Shown: piece after piece, positions 59,520 through 64,000 of the stretch
Layout: the number at the start of each line of letters is the position of its first letter
Numbering within the stretch: position 1 is the first letter of the stretch
Origin: Mobula hypostoma
Taxonomy: Eukaryota
NCBI RefSeq assembly: GCF_963921235.1
Contig: NC_086101.1
Span: forward strand, 9,116,001 to 9,180,000
Direction: 5' to 3'
DNA: 64,000 nt
Notes under the pieces: generated by a model
What the model saw: only the letters and a program-made list of their open reading frames with translations
What the model was told of the DNA's origin: nothing
Databases searched by the model: none
Translations under genes and position numbers: made by a program

Positions 59520-61470
59520 GCATAAGACCATAAGACATAAGAGCAGAATTAGGCTATTTGACCCATCAAGTCTCCTCTGCTATTCAATCATGGTTGATCC
59601 TTTATTTCCCTCCTCAGCCCCACTCCCTGTAACTTTTGATTTTGTGTCCAATCAATAACCTATCAACTCTGCCTTAACTACACCCAACGGCCTGGCCTCC
59701 ACAGCGGCCTGTGGTAACAAATTCCACAAATTCACCACCCCCGGTTAAAGAAGTTTCTCTGCATGTTTTAAATGGACACGCCTCTATTCTGAGGGTGTGC
59801 TCTCTTGTCCTGGACTCTCCCTCCAAGGGAAACATCCTTTACACATCGACTCTGTATACGCCTTTCAATATTCAAAAGGTTTCAATGAGATCTCCTCTCA
59901 TCCTTCTAAATTCCTGTGAGTACAGAACCAGAGCCATCAAACGTTCCTCATATAATTCCTGGAATCATCGTTGTGAACCCCCTCTGGTCCCTCTCCAATG
60001 TCAGTACATCCTTTCTCAGATGGGAAGCCCAAAATTGTTGACAATACTCAAGGTGAGGTCTCACCAGTGCCTTATAAAGCCTCAGCATCACATCCCTGCT
60101 CTTGTATTCTAGAATTTGCTTTCCATCACCGACTCAACCTGCAAGTTAACATTTAGCATGTTCTGTAGAAGGACTCCAGTTCCTTTGCATCTCAGATTTT
60201 TGGATTTTGCCCTCATTTACAAAATAGTCTGCACATTTATTTCTACTACCAAAGTGCATGACCATGCATTTTTAAACATTGTATTTCATTGTAATTTGGT
60301 ATTTTCTTGTCCATTTCCCTAAACACTCTTAGTCCATCTGCAGCCTGCCTGTTTTCTCAACACTACCTGCCCTTCCACCAGTCTTCAGATCATCTACAAG
60401 ACTTGGCAACAAAGCCTCCTATTAATTATCTATCCTACTAGTAATCTCCTCAAAAAATTCTAACAGGTTCGTCAGGTACAATTTTTCCTTAAGGAAACCA
60501 TTCTGACTTTGTCCTGTCTAGTCCTGTGTCATCAAGCACGCCATAACTTCATCCTTAAAAATTGACTCCATCATCTTCCCAGGCACTGAGGTCTGGCCAC
60601 CGTGTCTATAATTTCCTTTCTGCTACCTTCCTTCTTTCTTAAAGGGTGGTGTGATATTTGAAAATTTCCAGTCCTCTGGCACCAGGCCAGAGTCCAATGA
60701 TTTTTGAACAATCATTGTTGATGACTTCACGATTTCTACTGTATCCTCTTTCAGACCCCCAGAGTGCAGTTCATCTGGTCTGGGTGACTTATAAATCCTT
60801 TGGTCTTTCAGAATCGTTCATCACAGAATATATGGGCCGAGGGCCTATTTCTGTTGCTGTGCTGTAGTGAGACTGCAAGATACAGTAGCAAGAATTACAC
60901 CATTTGGCCCATGGAGTCTGCTCCACCATTTCATCACGGCTGATCAATTTTCCCCTTGTTGTCCTGACAGTCACCCAGTTACCTGTCTTCTGTAACAAAG
61001 AGGTGACTACCTCTCTGTAACTCCTGTCTATCTCCTCCTCATCCTCCTGTATGAGTCGAAGGTCATCGAGCTGCAGCTCCAGTTCCTTAGTGCGTTCCGT
61101 GAGGAGCTGCAGCTCGGTGCACCTGGTGCCGATGTGGTTATCCAGGAGACTGGAGGTCTCCCAGATTTCCCACATCTCACACTCAGTTCAAAACTGGAGT
61201 ACTCTGGAGTCATTCTCTCTGCAGCATTATGCCCAAACATTCGAGGAATGAAAACGTAAGAACAAAAAGGGAAACTTACCAGATAGTTTACTTCACCCAA
61301 ACCTGAACTCACTGAAGCCAGACGAGCCAAAGTCACTCTAAACACCTGCACAATGAAAAGAATTGCCGCTCTGTTTGCAATTGTGTTATTTGTATTTGCT
61401 TTTTGGAATGAATCCCACTTGGTGATTGGTCGCAGTCCAACGCTGAGAAACTGCCACAAAGCTCTGCCTT
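59520..61470 (-). mobile_element. Degenerate CR1 (3' end, RT remnants, ORF1 N-terminus)
   Basis: Tail cataagaccataagacataag at 59520; ORF1 MWEIWETSSLLDNHIGTRCTELQLLTERTKELELQLDDLR. Confidence 0.75.
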
Positions 61471-61499
61471 TTAAATGTCGATTGCGGACCTGGTTGTAT

Positions 61500-62045
61500 A
61501 ACAGAATCACGTTTATTATCGCCAGCATGTGATGTGAAATTTGTTAACTTAGCAGCAGCAGTTCAATGCAATATATAATTTAGCTGAAAGAGAGAGAGAG
61601 AGAGAAAAATAAGACATTATAATAAATAAGTAATTCGATTATGTATATTCAATAGATTTTTTAAAATGTGCGAAAACAGAAATACTGTATATTAAAAAAT
61701 TGAGGTAGTGTCCAAACCTTCAACGTCCATTAAGGAATCGGATGGCAGAGAGGAAGAAGCTGTTACTGAATCACTGAGTGTGTGCCTTCAGGCTTCTGTA
61801 CCTCCTACCTGATGGTAACAGTGAGAAAAGGGCATGCCCTGGGTGCTGGAGATCCTTAATAATGGACGGTGCCTTTCTGAGACACAGCTCCCTAAAGATG
61901 TCCTTGGTACTTTGTAGGCTAGTACCCAAGATGGAGCTGACTAGATTTATAACCTTCTGCAGCTTCTTTCGGTCCTGTGCAATAGCCCCTGCATACCAGA
62001 CAGTGATGCAGCCGGTCAGAATGCTCTCTACAGTACAACTATATG
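61500..62045 (-). mobile_element. Rex1/Babar-like LINE 3' fragment
   Basis: Similar to 48055-48600 (VESILTGCITVW, HPGHALFSLLPSGRRY). Confidence 0.75.
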
Positions 62046-62299
62046 TACAACGAAACGTGGCTCTCTTAATGCATTCCTGCTGATTGATTGGTCGCAGTCC
62101 AACATTGTCGTGCTCTATGACTCAATGCTTTTATGAGGAAGAGAGTCGAGTACTCGAGGGCACAGTCACAGATTAAAGGGATGTATCTTTAGACTGAAGA
62201 TGGGGAAGAATTATTTTTCAGACTGATTGTGGTGAATCTGTGAAATTCCTTGCCTCAGAGGGCTGTGGAGGCCAAGTCAGTGGGTGGACTTTGGAGATT

Positions 62300-62545
62300 G
62301 GAGTCCAATGCTGGCGTTCTCTGAAAGCAAATTTGTGCATTCCTTCCTGTGTGTGTGTGGGTTTCCTCTGGGTGATCCGGTTTCCTCCCACAGTGTGGGG
62401 ATCTACCAGTTAATTGGTTAATTGTCATTGTAAGTTGTCCAGTGATTAGGCCGGGGTTAGGTAGGTGGTTTGCTGGGCAGTGGAGCTTGTTGGGCTGGAA
62501 GGGTGTGTTATGTGCTGTATATCTAATCAAAATTTAAAAAAAATA
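62300..62545 (+). mobile_element. V-SINE-like element
   Basis: gtgggtttcctctgggtgatccggtttcctcccaca...ttaattgtcattgtaagttgtcc; A-rich end. Confidence 0.6.
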
Positions 62546-63529
62546 ACTATCACTGACATGTTGTTTTGCAGTAGCGGTACAGAATAACAGATAAACATTA
62601 TATAAATTTCAAGAAGAAATGTACACAGAAAATTAAATTAAATTAAAGTGAAAGGGGAAAGCAGAAAAGAAGTCAAGGTAGGTTTTTGATTGATGAGGGG
62701 TGTTTAAGGGCAATGGAGAATGGGGAAACGAGGGAAGCCAAAATCAGCCAGAATTGAGTGGTGGAACAAACTCGATGGGCCAAATAGTCTAATTCGGCCC
62801 CTGTATCTTGCTGCCTGATGGAGTGTGGGAAGCACGACATGGGATTAGTTGGTGCTTGATGGTCGGTGTGGAATTGCTGGGCTCAGGACCTGTGTGCAGA
62901 TGCTGGAAATTTGAAAGACAGTAAGCAAACCCTGTGTGTAGCATGTCAAGATGTGGTCTAACCAATGGCCTACATAACTGAAGGAAATATCTCACTTTTT
63001 TGTATTCATTTCTGTTGGGCAGATAAATGACAGATAAAGATAATGTTTCGTATGAAAAGAGACAGTCAGATAGAAATGCAAACCAGACTGACAAATAAAG
63101 ACTTTGGCCTGCTGATTGTCAGGAATATAACACCTTCAGTGGTTTCACAGAAAAGGTGCATCATTTATACTATCTCTGGTTATGTGTCTGTGATGCTGCT
63201 GCGATGGAGTTTTCACTGTACTAGTACCTTGCTGCTCTTGATATCGAACTAAACCTGAGAAAATTGCCCAGCTTTTCACATCACAGACATCCCGTGCCCG
63301 CTGGGCTGGAGCTGGAGGTCTGTGCTGCGGTTAAAGACTGTGTTTGTACGAGGGAGGAATGAGGCTTCTTCTTGCTGTTGTTTTGTTGCTTGTTGTGTTC
63401 CGTGTTGCTCTGCCGGGCATTGTGGGCATGCTGTGTTGGCACTGGTATGTGTGGCGACACCTGCCCCCAGCACACCCTTGGGTGCGCTGGTAGTTAATAC
63501 AAACGACGTATTTCACTGCATGCTTATAT

Positions 63530-63990
63530 GTGGGAGAGACCCCCGTTGATCGGGGTCTACCATGAACGATGCGTCCTGGCTATCTACAGCGTATACGCAA
63601 GGCAGGGCAACACAATATGGAGAGTAAGGTGGTGCCTCTGTATCAGGCTCCGCCGCTGATCGATCCAAAACTACAGCAGAGACCAATACAGGTTGGCACC
63701 AGCAGTGTTGCAGGAGTTGCCAGTTTGCACTGAACTCAGCGCAGGCCTGTCATTGGGACATCATCTCCAGATTTTTCCTCGAGGTTTACTCCCAAAGCCT
63801 TCTCTGTGAGTAGGTGTAGCCTCAAGGCAGCGGAGGTTTCAGATCAGAGTTTTCATTCTCCCATGTGCACCTCCAACCATGGCTGAGGAGCCGCATTTTC
63901 CCAAACCGACTGGTTTAAGGCAGCAGTAACCCGCCTTTGCCCATCCTCCTGTCAGTAGAAGTGGCTCCATGGGATTAGTAGCGAAGGCAG
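63530..63990 (-). mobile_element. Probable RTE-related non-coding repeat
   Basis: Shares a ctggtgccaa.ctgtat block with the SINE at 30960-31215; no ORF; family assignment is tentative. Confidence 0.35.
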
Positions 63991-64000
63991 GGTTGTCAGA

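Overview
This is eukaryotic (vertebrate) genomic DNA. The repeat families suggest a cartilaginous fish, probably a ray or shark, but that is inference. The only host gene I can support is a six-coding-exon TRIM E3 ligase on the + strand with RING, B-box, coiled-coil and PRY/SPRY domains. Its CDS is join(1614..2024, 2112..2207, 3014..3247, 12632..12654, 12751..12869, 34488..35020): 1416 nt, 471 aa, all introns GT-AG and phase-compatible. Almost everything else is nested transposable-element debris: many CR1 LINEs, L1, Rex1/Babar, an RTE-derived element, V-SINE-like SINEs, mariner/Tigger/Tc1 remnants and a solo LTR. The most striking structure is a family of Penelope-like (Neptune-type) retroelement insertions whose two termini are both element 3' ends, flanked by 10-14 bp target-site duplications (TSDs). 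One is a 5.8-kb near-perfect palindrome (37785..43564) whose arms share the same inactivating lesions. Another is a 256-bp hairpin inside TRIM intron 5, and a third is an older remnant. The 3' UTRs of the two younger insertions carry minimal type I hammerhead-ribozyme motifs. Also notable are a 2.8-kb CR1 inversion with inverted microhomology at both breakpoints and a short interstitial telomeric insertion. Boundaries of old repeats are approximate; exon, TSD and ribozyme coordinates were counted directly from the sequence.
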